A stretch of 64,000 nucleotides of DNA, from contig CAZHFU010000012.1 in the NCBI GenBank assembly GCA_964531975.1, positions 12,705 to 76,704 of the forward strand. Direction: 5' to 3'. Positions 1-10,781 of this stretch are shown here, piece by piece (within the stretch, counting starts at the first letter, position 1; every line of letters begins with the position of its first letter). The position numbers and the translations under genes are program-made. The notes under the pieces were generated by a model. That model saw only the letters and a list, made by a program, of their open reading frames with translations. It had not been told where the DNA came from and did not search any database. Source of the stretch: an uncultured Anaerolinea sp. (lineage in GTDB: Bacteria > Chloroflexota > Anaerolineae > Anaerolineales > UBA4823).

Positions 1-582
1 CTGAGCAAATTTTTAAGCGTGTATGAAGACTTGGAAATGGTGGCCGAAGCCGCCGGTGGCGCCGAGGCCGTTCAGTTGTGCGGTCTGTTTCAACCCGATG
101 TGGTGCTAATGGACCTGATGATGCCGGATGTGGACGGCGTGGCCGCCACCCGCCAGATTAAGCAGCGCTATCCCAAAGTGCAGGTGATTGCCCTTACCAG
201 TTTCAAGGAAGAAAACCTGGTGCAGGGCGCGTTGCAAGCCGGGGCGCTAGGTTATCTGCTTAAAAACGTTACCGCCATTGAGTTAGCCCAGGCTATCCAC
301 CAGGCCGCCGCCGGGCGCATGGTTCTGTCATCAGAAGCCACGGAGGTGCTGGCGCATTCGCTCATCCAGCCGCCCACCCCCGATAACCAGCTAACCGAGC
401 GCGAGCGTGAAGTGCTGCAGCAAATGGTGCGCGGCAAATCCAACCAGGAAATCGCCGCCGAACTCTTCATTAGCCTGGGCACGGTCAAGTTTCATATCGG
501 TAACATCTTTATGAAGCTGGGCGTCCAAAGCCGCGTGGAGGCAGTTTCGTTGGCCTTGCAGCGCAAAATGGTGGATGTTTAG
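1..582 (+). CDS. NarL/FixJ-family response regulator (REC + LuxR HTH), 5' end outside window
   Basis: Frame open from base 1; DVVLMDLMMPDVDG receiver motif, GYLLK, C-terminal LTEREREVL...GKSNQEIAAELFISLGTVKFHI HTH. Confidence 0.93.
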   Translation: MSKFLSVYEDLEMVAEAAGGAEAVQLCGLFQPDVVLMDLMMPDVDGVAATRQIKQRYPKVQVIALTSFKEENLVQGALQAGALGYLLKNVTAIELAQAIHQAAAGRMVLSSEATEVLAHSLIQPPTPDNQLTEREREVLQQMVRGKSNQEIAAELFISLGTVKFHIGNIFMKLGVQSRVEAVSLALQRKMVDV

Positions 583-707
583 CAAGTGGATATACTTGGA
601 AACGCCGGCGAATACCCGCGCCTCCTGGTGGCTTAGCCGGCGGCTAAAAGCCGGCGCGTTCGCCCAGGTTGCTAACGGGCCAACGCGCCAGGGAACCCTT
701 TTTTCCA

Positions 708-793
<86 letters not shown>

Positions 794-804
794 AGAACAA
801 GGGC

Positions 805-835
805 ATTTTAACACGAAACCGCCGCCTGCTGTCAA
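805..835 (-). promoter_or_regulatory. Putative sigma70 promoter of tRNA-Ser
   Basis: Minus strand TTGACA (830-835), 19-nt spacer, TGT-TAAAAT extended -10 (805-813); spacer is long. Confidence 0.55.
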
Positions 836-940
836 TGGATTGGGGAATAACAAATAAGGATATAATATCCCCACTCAGCCCGCAATTTAGGGGAGACGCA
901 TGTCTACCATTCCACGGCCCTCCCGGCCGAAAGAGACGCC

Positions 941-2416
941 ATGACCCGTATTGCCCGCGCTTCGCTCATCATCGCCTTCTTCTTCGGCATCGATAAGATC
1001 ATCGGCCTGGCCCGGCAGATATTATTCAGCCGCGCTTTCGACGCCAACGCCCGCGATATCTTCCTGGTATCGAACAACGTACCCGACTTGCTCTCGGCGC
1101 TGATCTCCGGGGGGGCGTTGGGGTTGGCGCTCATCCCGGTGCTAACCGAGCATTTGCAGCGCCAGGATCGCCAGGCGGCTTGGGCGCTCTTCAGCCGCAT
1201 CCTCAACCTGGCCTTCTTGGTGACGGGTGGCATCTCGCTGATCGCGGCGGTCTTCGCCCGCCCGCTGATCCAATACCTGATTGCACCCGGCTTCAACGAC
1301 CCGGCGCGCTGGGCGCTGGCCGCCGACCTGATGCGCCTGGATTTCCTGGCGATCATCATCTTTTCAATTAGCGGGCTGGTGATGGCCGGTCTGCAAGCCA
1401 ACCAGCACTTCGTCATGCCGGCCATGGCTCCGGCGCTGTACAACCTGGGCCAGGTGGCCGGAATTGTGTTGTTGGCGCCCCGCTTTGGGTTATACGGCAT
1501 GGTGTACGGGGTTATCTTAGGCTCATTGCTGCACCTGGGCATCCAGGTTCCGGCGCTGCTGCGCTATGGGTTTCGCTGGACGCCTGGCTTGGGGCTGCGC
1601 GACCCCGGCGTAAAGCAAGTGCTGCGCCTGATGGGGCCACGCTTGCTTTCAATGCTCAGCCTACATATCTATTTCCTGGCGCGCGACAATTTCGCCTCTT
1701 ACTACCAGGCAGGCGGCGTATCGGCCCTCAACTACGGCTGGTTCATCATGCAGCTGCCCGAAACCATGGTAGGCACCGCCCTGGCGATTGCCCTGCTGCC
1801 GTCGCTATCTGAACTGGTGACCCAAGAGCGTATGGACGATTTCCGCCTCACCCTTAACCAGGCGCTGCGGGCCATGCTGGCCTTCTTACTACCCGCTGCG
1901 GCGCTGATGGCGGTGACCATTCGCCCCCTGGTGGGCATCGTGTTCAAGTTTGACCCGCCGGAGACCGATCTGTTGGTGTGGACGACGAGGGTGTTCCTGG
2001 CAGCGCTCATCAGCCACGCCTGGTTAGAGGTGGGGGTGCGCGCCTGGTATGCACAGCAGAACGCCCGCATTCCGCTCATCGGTTCGGTGCTGCAAATCGC
2101 CCTGTATATTCCCCTGGCGGCGCTGCTGCCGCGGTGGTTCGGCCACACCGGCCTGGCCGTGGCCGACAGCCTGGCTTTTACCGCCCAGGCCGCGCTGCTG
2201 TTAATTTGGCTGCGTAGAGACCTGCCAGGGCTGCTGGATATGCGCGCCACCCTGCCCCGCGCCCTGGTCTCGGCGGCCCTGGGCGCATTAGCGGCAGGCT
2301 TGGCGATGCTCGCCCCCTTGCCAACCATTCCCCAAACCGCCCTGGCGCTGGCGGCGGGCGGTCTTTTCGCTTTGCCATGGCTTACGCCGGAGATTAAGCT
2401 GCTGCTAAAAATTTAG
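941..2416 (+). CDS. murJ: Lipid II flippase MurJ/MviN
   Basis: Multi-TM protein; KIIGLARQ...PDLLSALISGGALGLALIPV, APALYNLG, LPETMVGTALAIALLP motifs typical of MurJ. Confidence 0.9.
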   Translation: MTRIARASLIIAFFFGIDKIIGLARQILFSRAFDANARDIFLVSNNVPDLLSALISGGALGLALIPVLTEHLQRQDRQAAWALFSRILNLAFLVTGGISLIAAVFARPLIQYLIAPGFNDPARWALAADLMRLDFLAIIIFSISGLVMAGLQANQHFVMPAMAPALYNLGQVAGIVLLAPRFGLYGMVYGVILGSLLHLGIQVPALLRYGFRWTPGLGLRDPGVKQVLRLMGPRLLSMLSLHIYFLARDNFASYYQAGGVSALNYGWFIMQLPETMVGTALAIALLPSLSELVTQERMDDFRLTLNQALRAMLAFLLPAAALMAVTIRPLVGIVFKFDPPETDLLVWTTRVFLAALISHAWLEVGVRAWYAQQNARIPLIGSVLQIALYIPLAALLPRWFGHTGLAVADSLAFTAQAALLLIWLRRDLPGLLDMRATLPRALVSAALGALAAGLAMLAPLPTIPQTALALAAGGLFALPWLTPEIKLLLKI

Positions 2417-2576
2417 CCATGCCTCAGATAAAGTTCACTTTGTTCCAAACCGCGCCCTTCACCCTGCTCCCCGGCGCGGGGCAACCTGCACAGCCGCCAC
2501 CGGCGGCATCCATTGCGGCCTGGGCCGCCCGGTCGGGATATGAGGCGATTAAGATCACGCAATCAAAGGCGATACC

Positions 2577-4448
2577 ATGAAAAATCTCTCTTTTCTTCTA
2601 TTAGTTTTGTTGGCGCTGCTTCCTTACAATCCAGCCTTTGCACGCGCCCAGGCCTGGCGCAGTAAAGTGGACGCCCGCTTGTTGGATGCGCCCGGTGCAG
2701 TGGAGGCAATCGTTTCGCTAACCCGCCAGGCCGACTTAAGCCGCGTTCCGCGCCTGGCTGCGCAAACTCAAAAGGGGCGCTTCGTAGGGCAGCGTTTGCA
2801 AGATGAAGCCGCTCAGAGCCAAAAGCCGCTGCTGGCCTGGCTGGCAGACTACGCCCAAGCGCATCCCCACAGCCACCTGGAATATCGCTCGTTGTGGATC
2901 GTCAACGCCATCTGGGTGCACGGCGACGCCGCCTTGCTCACCGCCCTGGCCCAGCGCGGCGATGTGCGGCGCATTGACGCCAACCCGCAGATCCCCATGC
3001 GCCTGGAAACCCCCGAAGCCATCCCAGCTCCCGCCGCCACTCAGGTCCTGGGCTGGAGCCTGAGCAAAGTGGGCGCAGATAAGGTTTGGGCGGAAGGCGT
3101 TACCGGCCAAGGCGTTGTTGTGGCCGGTCAGGATACCGGCTATGATTGGACGCACACCGCCCTTAAGAGCCAATATCGTGGCTGGAACGGCGTGAGCGCC
3201 AACCACGATTACAACTGGCACGACGCCGTTCACAGCGGCGGCGGCGTGTGCGGGGCCGACGCCCTGGCCCCGTGCGATGATTCTGGGCATGGCACGCACA
3301 CCATGGGGACCATGCTGGGCGACGATGGAAGCGGCGCCCCGGTGGGGATGGCCCCCGACGCCCGGTGGATCGGCTGCCGTAACATGAACGTAGGCGTTGG
3401 AACCCCAGCCACATACCTGGAATGCTACCAGTGGCTGCTGGCGCCCACCCCGGTGGGTGCAGCCGGGCCGCAGCGTTACGACCTGGCCCCGCAGGTGATT
3501 AACAACTCGTGGTCTTGCCCGCCATCGGAAGGATGTATCACGCCGGGGGTGCTGATTACCGCCGTGCAAAACATTCGCGCCGCCGGCATCGTCACGGTGC
3601 ATTCGGCGGGCAACGATGGCTATTGGGGCTGCGGCAGCATCGACGCCCCAGCCGCCATCTACGACGAATCGTTTACGGTGGGCAACACCGCCTCCGATGA
3701 CTCCATCAACCCCAGCAGCAGCCGCGGCCCGGTGACGATTGATGGCAGCCTGCGCTTAAAACCTGATATTTCCGCTCCCGGAACGAACATCTACTCCACC
3801 TATCCGAATAACAGATACACCACCATGACCGGCACAAGCATGGCCGGCCCACATGTGGCCGGGCTGGTGGCGCTGATGATCTCCGCCCGCCCTTCGCTGG
3901 CCGGGCAGGTGGATGAAATCGAGAGCCTGATCGAGCAAAACGCTGTTCCGCTCCAAAACCTGGAGCAAAGTTGCTCCCCCTATCCGGGGGCGAACGTACC
4001 CAACACCTCTTACGGCTGGGGACGCATCGACGCCGCTCGCACCGTGGGCGTACTGCTGCCTCACACCCTGGCGATCAGCAAGACTGCCACTCTCGCCGGT
4101 TATTTGCCTGGCGGGTTAATCACCTACACCCTCAGCGTTAGCGACATCAACAACCTGGCTCCATCGCTCTCGCTGCGCATCACCGATACCCTGCCCGCTC
4201 ACACCAGCTTTGTTCGCGCCAGCGGCAGCTACAGCCGCTCGGGCGACCTGGTAATTTGGACACGCGACAACTTGCCCGGTGGGGAGGTTTGGCAAGTGGA
4301 GTTGGTGGTGCGCGTAGATGACGATTACCTTGGAGAAGTGGCAAACACCAGCTACCTGGCTTCAGGCGCTGAGGCGCCCAAGGTTTACGGCGCGCCGCTC
4401 ACGCTTCGCCGGCTGCTGCCAATCTATCTGCCGTTGATCAGAAAGTAA
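2577..4448 (+). CDS. Secreted S8 subtilisin-like serine protease with DUF11-like domain and C-terminal IYLPLIRK tail
   Basis: Signal peptide; catalytic triad QDTG / GHGTHTMGT / GTSMAGPHVAG; ITYTLSV..TDTLP DUF11-like segment. Confidence 0.92.
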   Translation: MKNLSFLLLVLLALLPYNPAFARAQAWRSKVDARLLDAPGAVEAIVSLTRQADLSRVPRLAAQTQKGRFVGQRLQDEAAQSQKPLLAWLADYAQAHPHSHLEYRSLWIVNAIWVHGDAALLTALAQRGDVRRIDANPQIPMRLETPEAIPAPAATQVLGWSLSKVGADKVWAEGVTGQGVVVAGQDTGYDWTHTALKSQYRGWNGVSANHDYNWHDAVHSGGGVCGADALAPCDDSGHGTHTMGTMLGDDGSGAPVGMAPDARWIGCRNMNVGVGTPATYLECYQWLLAPTPVGAAGPQRYDLAPQVINNSWSCPPSEGCITPGVLITAVQNIRAAGIVTVHSAGNDGYWGCGSIDAPAAIYDESFTVGNTASDDSINPSSSRGPVTIDGSLRLKPDISAPGTNIYSTYPNNRYTTMTGTSMAGPHVAGLVALMISARPSLAGQVDEIESLIEQNAVPLQNLEQSCSPYPGANVPNTSYGWGRIDAARTVGVLLPHTLAISKTATLAGYLPGGLITYTLSVSDINNLAPSLSLRITDTLPAHTSFVRASGSYSRSGDLVIWTRDNLPGGEVWQVELVVRVDDDYLGEVANTSYLASGAEAPKVYGAPLTLRRLLPIYLPLIRK

Positions 4449-4458
4449 AATCATCGTC

Positions 4459-5769
4459 ATGATTAAAATCGTTCTTGAAATAATATTCCTCATCCTGCTC
4501 ATTTTAGCCAATGGAGTCTTTTCTATGTCGGAAATGGCAGTGATTACTGCACGGCGCAATCGCTTACAGCAGCGCGCCGAAGCCGGCAGCGCCGGAGCCA
4601 GGAAGGCGCTGGCGCTGAGCAGCTCCCCCACGCGCTTCTTATCGACTGTGCAGATCGGCATCACGTTGATTGGCATTCTAAGCGGCGCGCTGGGCGGCGC
4701 AACCCTGGCAAAAGAATTCGGCATGCTCATTGGACGGGTGAGCTGGCTGGCCGCCTACAGCGAGGCGATTGGCGTGGGTGTAGTGGTCTTGTTGATTACC
4801 TACTTCTCGCTGGTGCTGGGCGAACTCGTCCCCAAGCGCCTGGCCCAAAACAACGCCGAACGCCTGGCGATTTTGCTGGCCGGCCCCATGAACCGCCTGG
4901 CTCATGTCACCGGCCCAGTGGTGAGCCTGCTTTCATGGTCTACCGAAGCCGTGCTGCGTTTCCTGCGTGTGCGCCCCTCCGATGAACCGGCGGTGACGGA
5001 AGAGGATGTGCGCATGCTGATCTCACAAGGGGCGCGCACGGGGGTCTTCGAAGCCTCCGAGCAAGAGATTCTGCGCCGCGTGTTTCGCTTAGGCGACCGC
5101 CGCGTCAGCGCCCTGATGACCTACCGCACGGAAGTGGTGTGGTTAGATGTGGAAGACGAGCTGGAACAAAACTTATTCAAGGCCATAGAAGCCGGTTATT
5201 CCATCTACCCTTTATGCCGTCAAACCATCGACGATGTGCTGGGCGTGGTGCGCGTAAAGGACCTGTTGGCTTGCCGCCAACGCCAGGAGACTCCCTCCCT
5301 GGTCGAAATCGCCCACCCGCCGGTGTTCGTGCCCGAATCGACCACCGCCCTCAACCTGTTAGATAAAATGCGCCGCCACAAAGTTGAAATGGCGCTGATC
5401 ATTGATGAGTTTGGCGGCTTGTTGGGCCTGGTGACGCTTAAGAATATACTTGACGCCTTAGTAGGCGAGCTGCCCAGCCCCGAAGATCACGATGACCCCG
5501 ACGTGGTGCAGCGCCAAGACGGCTCGCTGCTAATTGACGGTTCGTTGCAAGTGGATGAATTGAAAGACCTGTTGGCGGTTTCCGCCCTCCCCGGCGAAGA
5601 GGCCTACGGCTATGAAACGCTGGGGGGTATGCTGATGGCTCAGTTTGGCCGTATTCCCCACAGCGGCGATGTGCTAAATTGGGGCGGCATGAGCTTTGAA
5701 GTGGTGGACATGGACGGACGCCGCGTGGATAAGGTGCTGGTGAGGCGCACACCATCCGCCGCAGAATAA
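4459..5769 (+). CDS. Hemolysin/CNNM family protein (DUF21-CBS-CorC_HlyC)
   Basis: FSMSEMAV, LSTVQIGIT, GELVPKRLA, paired CBS domains, DEFGGLLGLVTL, YETLGG. Confidence 0.93.
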   Translation: MIKIVLEIIFLILLILANGVFSMSEMAVITARRNRLQQRAEAGSAGARKALALSSSPTRFLSTVQIGITLIGILSGALGGATLAKEFGMLIGRVSWLAAYSEAIGVGVVVLLITYFSLVLGELVPKRLAQNNAERLAILLAGPMNRLAHVTGPVVSLLSWSTEAVLRFLRVRPSDEPAVTEEDVRMLISQGARTGVFEASEQEILRRVFRLGDRRVSALMTYRTEVVWLDVEDELEQNLFKAIEAGYSIYPLCRQTIDDVLGVVRVKDLLACRQRQETPSLVEIAHPPVFVPESTTALNLLDKMRRHKVEMALIIDEFGGLLGLVTLKNILDALVGELPSPEDHDDPDVVQRQDGSLLIDGSLQVDELKDLLAVSALPGEEAYGYETLGGMLMAQFGRIPHSGDVLNWGGMSFEVVDMDGRRVDKVLVRRTPSAAE

Positions 5770-5802
5770 AACCGCCGGTCACGATGGATCAATGACCGGC
5801 GG
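5768..5802. terminator. Hairpin terminator between convergent genes
   Basis: CCGCCGGTCA (5772-5781) / TGACCGGCGG (5793-5802), A-run 5768-5771 gives U-tail on minus strand. Confidence 0.7.
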
Positions 5803-5825
5803 GGGGCGGCTGCTTAGCAGAAAGG

Positions 5826-7544
5826 TCAAGCCTGATCAAAAATCTTATCCATCTCCTCAGTCGGCACATCAAACACAGCGTTTGTGGGGTGCAGCGGTTC
5901 ACGCGTCATCCACTCCGGCAGGCGGTCTTGAGCGGAGGTGAACCCCGCCCGGCGGTTAAACTCGCGCTCCATAAGCACCGTTTCTTTGCCCAACACTTGC
6001 AAGTAGTTATCCGGCACGTCCCAACCATAGCGCGCCTTAATCAGCGCCGGGATCACCTGCGGCACAGAGCCGTAGCTAAACCCCGTGAAGATACACGCGC
6101 CGAGCGAGTCGTACCCGGCCATGTTAAACTGAGCAGTGCGCGACACTTCCACCTGGCCTTCGGGGCTGGTTTGATTGATCTTGGCGCGAATAGTTAGCCC
6201 GGAGGTGTGGTCGGCGCCCTGGGCGGAGGTGGCGTAGGTAACCCCTGTGCCCTTAATAGCCCGCGGATCGTAGGCGCTCATGGCCTGGTTCTTAACCGCC
6301 GGCACACGCTCCACCCCCAAAACTTGCCCGGTGATGGCCGCCCCGTTGCCAATGATGCGCCCCAGTGGGGTATTGGTGCGGATTTCTTGCAGCAGCCGCA
6401 TCGCCCCGTCATAATCGCCCCACGCAAACAGACCCGCTTCGGCTGCAACGCCCAACGCCGCCCCAATTTCAATCGAATCCAGGCCCATATCGTTCACTTC
6501 CCAGTTAAGGCGGGCGATGCAATCCAGGTCGCTAATACTCAGGTTCGACCCCATTAGCCCCAAAGTTTCGTATTCGATCGGCGAGACCACCGCCTTGCCG
6601 TTCACATCGCCGAAAATGTTCGACGAGCGAATGGCGCAGCCCACCATGCAGGCATGTGAAGTGTCACATTCGCCGCCGCGATCCAGCATGGCCTGGCGCA
6701 CCGCTTCACCGGAGATTTCCTCCGCCCGTTCAAATTGCCCATCCGAAAAGTTGCGCGTGGGCAAGCAGCCAAAGCTCTGGCACATCATCACAATAGCCGC
6801 AGTACCAAAATCGCGATAAGTGGCCGTTTGCGGATGAGCTGCCAGGGCAAGGCTAAATTCTTTGCGAGCGGCCTTAAAAGCGGCCTCATCCAAAATAGGC
6901 GGCTTGGATCCGCCGGATCCGTCAATCACCACTGCCTTGACATGCTTAGACCCCATCACCGCGCCAATGCCGCCGCGGGCGGCAATGCGGGTAGGTTGGC
7001 GATCCTTGTCCAGGTTTTGGATGCCGGCGCCGCGCAGCTGTTGTTCGCCGCCGGGGCCGATGAGCGCAATGGCGGGTTTCTCACCATAGCGTTCGATCAA
7101 GAGGGGCGCAGCGGTAAACACGCCGGTGTTCAATAAGTCGTCGGCCGCGTCGAAGCGCACTCCGCTGCTGCTCACGTGCAGCGTCCACCACCCCTGATCG
7201 GGTCGCTCTTCAATGATGAGCGCCTTAATCCCCAGCATCGCCAACTGCAAGCCGGTGCGCCCGCCGGCGTTGGCCTCTTTAATGCCTCCGGTTAGCGGGC
7301 TTTTCGCGCCGATGGAGATGCGGTCGGTGCTGGAAATCATGTGCCCCACCAATAAACCTGGTGCGAAGACCAGCTTATTATTCGGGCCTAGCGGTTCACA
7401 AGTCGCCACGTCTTCATCTAGTAAAATTCTAGTCAATAAACCGCGCCCGCCCAACTTGCGCCAGGCTTCGGGCACGGGTTCACGAGCAAAGCTGCGAGTG
7501 CGCATGTTCACTCGCCAAATCGAGAAGAATTCGTTGTTTTCCAT
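5826..7544 (-). CDS. Aldehyde:ferredoxin oxidoreductase (W/Mo-pterin AOR family)
   Basis: KSPLTGGIKEANAGG, AARGGIGAVMGSKHVKAV, EYETLGLMGSNL, GLDSIEIG, YATSAQGADHT motifs. Confidence 0.92.
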   Translation of the reverse strand: MENNEFFSIWRVNMRTRSFAREPVPEAWRKLGGRGLLTRILLDEDVATCEPLGPNNKLVFAPGLLVGHMISSTDRISIGAKSPLTGGIKEANAGGRTGLQLAMLGIKALIIEERPDQGWWTLHVSSSGVRFDAADDLLNTGVFTAAPLLIERYGEKPAIALIGPGGEQQLRGAGIQNLDKDRQPTRIAARGGIGAVMGSKHVKAVVIDGSGGSKPPILDEAAFKAARKEFSLALAAHPQTATYRDFGTAAIVMMCQSFGCLPTRNFSDGQFERAEEISGEAVRQAMLDRGGECDTSHACMVGCAIRSSNIFGDVNGKAVVSPIEYETLGLMGSNLSISDLDCIARLNWEVNDMGLDSIEIGAALGVAAEAGLFAWGDYDGAMRLLQEIRTNTPLGRIIGNGAAITGQVLGVERVPAVKNQAMSAYDPRAIKGTGVTYATSAQGADHTSGLTIRAKINQTSPEGQVEVSRTAQFNMAGYDSLGACIFTGFSYGSVPQVIPALIKARYGWDVPDNYLQVLGKETVLMEREFNRRAGFTSAQDRLPEWMTREPLHPTNAVFDVPTEEMDKIFDQA

Positions 7545-7754
7545 AGGTTTGCGTCCTGTTATATGGTGGTTACCGAATTACTTATTTCACTTGAAAAAGT
7601 AATTCTACCACGAACCGCCGTCTATTGTGCTCAAATTTCTCGAAACGCCTCCGCTCCCTAGCTTTAACTAACCCCGCTCCTATAAAACCGTCACTGCCAG
7701 TATAATAAACAGGCGCTTTTTCCGCGTCCACCTCTCCAAGAATAGGGTGAAAAG

Positions 7755-8453
7755 ATGACCAATCTCCCAAGCAAGAACATAACCTATGCGCAGCTAGCCA
7801 AGACCATCGATCACTCACTGCTCCGTCCCGAATTGACCGCTGAAGAGGTGCAGCAGGGCTGCGAACTGGCGGCGCGCTATCACGTGGCCTCGGTGTGTGT
7901 AAAGCCGTGCCATGTCCGCCTGGCAGCGGCGCTGCTGCCGCGCCGCGATGTGGCCGTGGGCACGGTGATTGGCTTTCCACATGGCAGCCACACCACCGCC
8001 GTAAAGGTGTACGAAACCGCCGAAGCACTGGAGAATGGCGCTGCCGAGCTAGATATGGTGCTGAACATCGGGGCGCTGCGCGGCGGCGACGCCGAGTTTG
8101 TGCTGAGAGACATACGCGCAATTGTCAACACCGCCCGCGGCAAAGCCCTGGTGAAGGTCATCTTGGAAAATGCCTACCTGACGGATGAACAAAAGGTAAT
8201 CGCATGCCGGCTGTGCGAACAAGCCGGGGCCGATTTCGTCAAGACCTCGACCGGTTTCGCCCCTGGCGGGGCCACCCTTGACGACCTCAAACTGATGCGC
8301 GCCGCTGTTGGCCCCCAGGTGCAAGTGAAGGCCGCGGGCGGCGTCCGCACCCTGGATGCGCTGCTCGATGTAATTGATGCCGGGGCCACACGGGTGGGCG
8401 CAACCGCCACCGCAGCCATTCTCGATGAGTTTAAACAACGCCGGGCCGCTTAG
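7755..8453 (+). CDS. deoC: Deoxyribose-phosphate aldolase
   Basis: IDHSLLRP, GFPHG, ELDMVLN, KVILE, VKTSTGF (Schiff-base Lys), VKAAGGVR, RVGAT. Confidence 0.93.
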   Translation: MTNLPSKNITYAQLAKTIDHSLLRPELTAEEVQQGCELAARYHVASVCVKPCHVRLAAALLPRRDVAVGTVIGFPHGSHTTAVKVYETAEALENGAAELDMVLNIGALRGGDAEFVLRDIRAIVNTARGKALVKVILENAYLTDEQKVIACRLCEQAGADFVKTSTGFAPGGATLDDLKLMRAAVGPQVQVKAAGGVRTLDALLDVIDAGATRVGATATAAILDEFKQRRAA

Positions 8454-8474
8454 CGCCCGGTAGGAGATTACCCA

Positions 8475-9632
8475 ATGACCAACGCAAATTTGAAAGTGGG
8501 CGTGGTGGGGGCCGGCTTTATTGGCCCCGCCCACATTGAAGCCTTACGCCGCCTGGATATCCAGGTGCTGGCACTGTGCAAGACCGGCCAAGAGCCGGCC
8601 CGCCAAAAGGCCGCCGAGCTGGGTGTGGAGCGCGCCTACGGCGACTTCGATCTCATGTTGGCCGACGCCGACCTGGACGTGATTCACATCACTTCGCCCA
8701 ACTTTCTGCACGCCGCGCAAGCCAAGGCCGCCTTGCAAGCCGGCAAGCATGTGGTGTGTGAAAAGCCCCTGGCGATGAACCCATCCGAATCGAGCGAACT
8801 GGCCCGGCTCGCTAAGGCCTCCGGTAAAGTTGCTGCGGTTAATTTCAACCTGCGCTTTTATCCCCTCTCGTTGCAAGCCCGCGCCATGCTGCGCAACCAG
8901 GAGATTGGGCGGGTCAACATTGTGCAAGGCTCCTACTTGCAAGATTGGCTGCTGCTGCCCAGCGATTGGAACTGGCGGCTGGAGCCCGAATTGGGCGGCG
9001 AGCTGCGCGCCGTGGCCGACATCGGCTCGCACTGGCTCGACCTGACGACCTTCATCACCGGCCTCGAAATAGAAGCGGTGTTGGCCGATTTCGCCACCTT
9101 CTTACCGGTGCGCCAAAAGCCCCTCCGGCCCCTCGAAACTTTTTCCGGCAAGCTGGAAACCCCGGCCGAATTTATCGAGCAGCCCATCCACACCGAAGAT
9201 TACGCCGCGGTGCTGCTGCGCTTCAAAGGCGGAGCGCGCGGCATGTTCAGCGTTTCGCAGGTGAGCGCCGGGCGCAAGAACCGCTTAACCTACGAGATCA
9301 ACGGAGCGCAATCCTCCCTGGCCTGGAATTCCGAACACCCCAACGAACTATGGATCGGCCACCGCCAACGGCCCAACGAGCTGATGATTAAAGACCCCGC
9401 CCTGCTGGCGGCTGAAGTGCGCCCATTTGTTTCTTACCCCGGCGGACATAACGAAGGCTTCCCCGATACCTTTAAACAGCTATACCAGGCGGTGTACACC
9501 GATATTCGCGCCGGCGGCCCCAGCCAAAATCCGCTTTACGCCACCTTCGACGATGGGCATCGAGAACTGGTGTGGAGCGAGGCAATCTTGCGCTCGGCGC
9601 GCCAGGGGCATTGGGTTACAATAGTAGCTTAG
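8475..9632 (+). CDS. Gfo/Idh/MocA family oxidoreductase
   Basis: GVVGAGFIG Rossmann, [17 protein letters not shown]. Confidence 0.92.
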   Translation: MTNANLKVGVVGAGFIGPAHIEALRRLDIQVLALCKTGQEPARQKAAELGVERAYGDFDLMLADADLDVIHITSPNFLHAAQAKAALQAGKHVVCEKPLAMNPSESSELARLAKASGKVAAVNFNLRFYPLSLQARAMLRNQEIGRVNIVQGSYLQDWLLLPSDWNWRLEPELGGELRAVADIGSHWLDLTTFITGLEIEAVLADFATFLPVRQKPLRPLETFSGKLETPAEFIEQPIHTEDYAAVLLRFKGGARGMFSVSQVSAGRKNRLTYEINGAQSSLAWNSEHPNELWIGHRQRPNELMIKDPALLAAEVRPFVSYPGGHNEGFPDTFKQLYQAVYTDIRAGGPSQNPLYATFDDGHRELVWSEAILRSARQGHWVTIVA

Positions 9633-9678
9633 ACCAGGCAGGCATATCTCCCCGCGCAGGGGAAAAATTGGAGGTTAT

Positions 9679-10689
9679 ATGAAATTTATCGGCGTAGACT
9701 TGGGGGGAACCCACTTGAGAGCCGCCCTGGTAGATACCAACAGCGGTCAAGTCTCCAATATCATTCAGATTCCCACCGGGGCGCGTGAAGGCCACGATGC
9801 GGTGATGGCGCGCATGGCCGACCTGATCTTGAAAGTCATCGCCTCGTCGGGCGAGGAGAAAGCCGCTATCGGCGGGGTGGGCATTGGCGTACCGGGAATG
9901 CTCGACCTAGATCGGGGCCTGGTGGTGTTTCTGCCCAACCTGCACGGAACCTGGCCCAACGTGCCGCTGCGCGATACCATTCGCAACCGGGTTGGGCTGC
10001 CCACTTACATGCTAAACGATGCTCGCGCCATGACCTTTGGCGAGTGGAAGTATGGGGCCGGGCGAGATGTGGACACGATGGCCTGCTTCACCTTGGGAAC
10101 CGGGGTGGGCGGCGGGCTGGTCATTAACGGGCAGCTGCACCTCGGAATGGGCGGCACTGCCGGCGAGCTGGGCCACGCCAGTATCGACATGAACGGCCCA
10201 ACCTGCGGCTGCGGAAATAAAGGCTGCATCGAAGTCTATGCCTCCGGCCCAGCTATCGCCGCCGCCGGCATTAAAGCCGTGGTGCAAGGACACACCACGC
10301 GCATTGGAGAGATGGCCGAATACGACCTCAACCGCATCACCCCAGAGCTGGTATTTAAAGCCGCCATGGAAGGAGATTCGGTTGCTAAAGATATTTACAA
10401 CAACGCCGGCTTTGCCCTGGGAGTGGCAATCGCCAACATCCTGGTGACCCTCACACCCCGCAAGGTGGTGATTGGCGGCGGCGTGGCGCAAGCGGGTGAG
10501 CTGCTATTTAACCCCATCCGCCGCACGGTTAACGAGCGGGTCTTCGTGATGCCCAAAGACCAGGTGCAAATCATCCCCGCCGAGCTAGGCCCCAACGCCG
10601 GAATGATCGGGGCCGCGGCCTGGGCGTGGCATTGTGAAATACAAGGCCCGGCATACACCCCGCCTTCACTCACCGAACCCGGCGCTTGA
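9679..10689 (+). CDS. ROK family sugar kinase (glucokinase-like)
   Basis: [36 protein letters not shown] zinc motif. Confidence 0.93.
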   Translation: MKFIGVDLGGTHLRAALVDTNSGQVSNIIQIPTGAREGHDAVMARMADLILKVIASSGEEKAAIGGVGIGVPGMLDLDRGLVVFLPNLHGTWPNVPLRDTIRNRVGLPTYMLNDARAMTFGEWKYGAGRDVDTMACFTLGTGVGGGLVINGQLHLGMGGTAGELGHASIDMNGPTCGCGNKGCIEVYASGPAIAAAGIKAVVQGHTTRIGEMAEYDLNRITPELVFKAAMEGDSVAKDIYNNAGFALGVAIANILVTLTPRKVVIGGGVAQAGELLFNPIRRTVNERVFVMPKDQVQIIPAELGPNAGMIGAAAWAWHCEIQGPAYTPPSLTEPGA

Positions 10690-10781
10690 TTGGAACCGGT
10701 GGGCCGCCTGCTTGCTATGGGCCAGGCGGCGCTCACCCCGCCGCTCTTTTTCAAAAGCATTCATGATAAAAGCAGGTCGCC

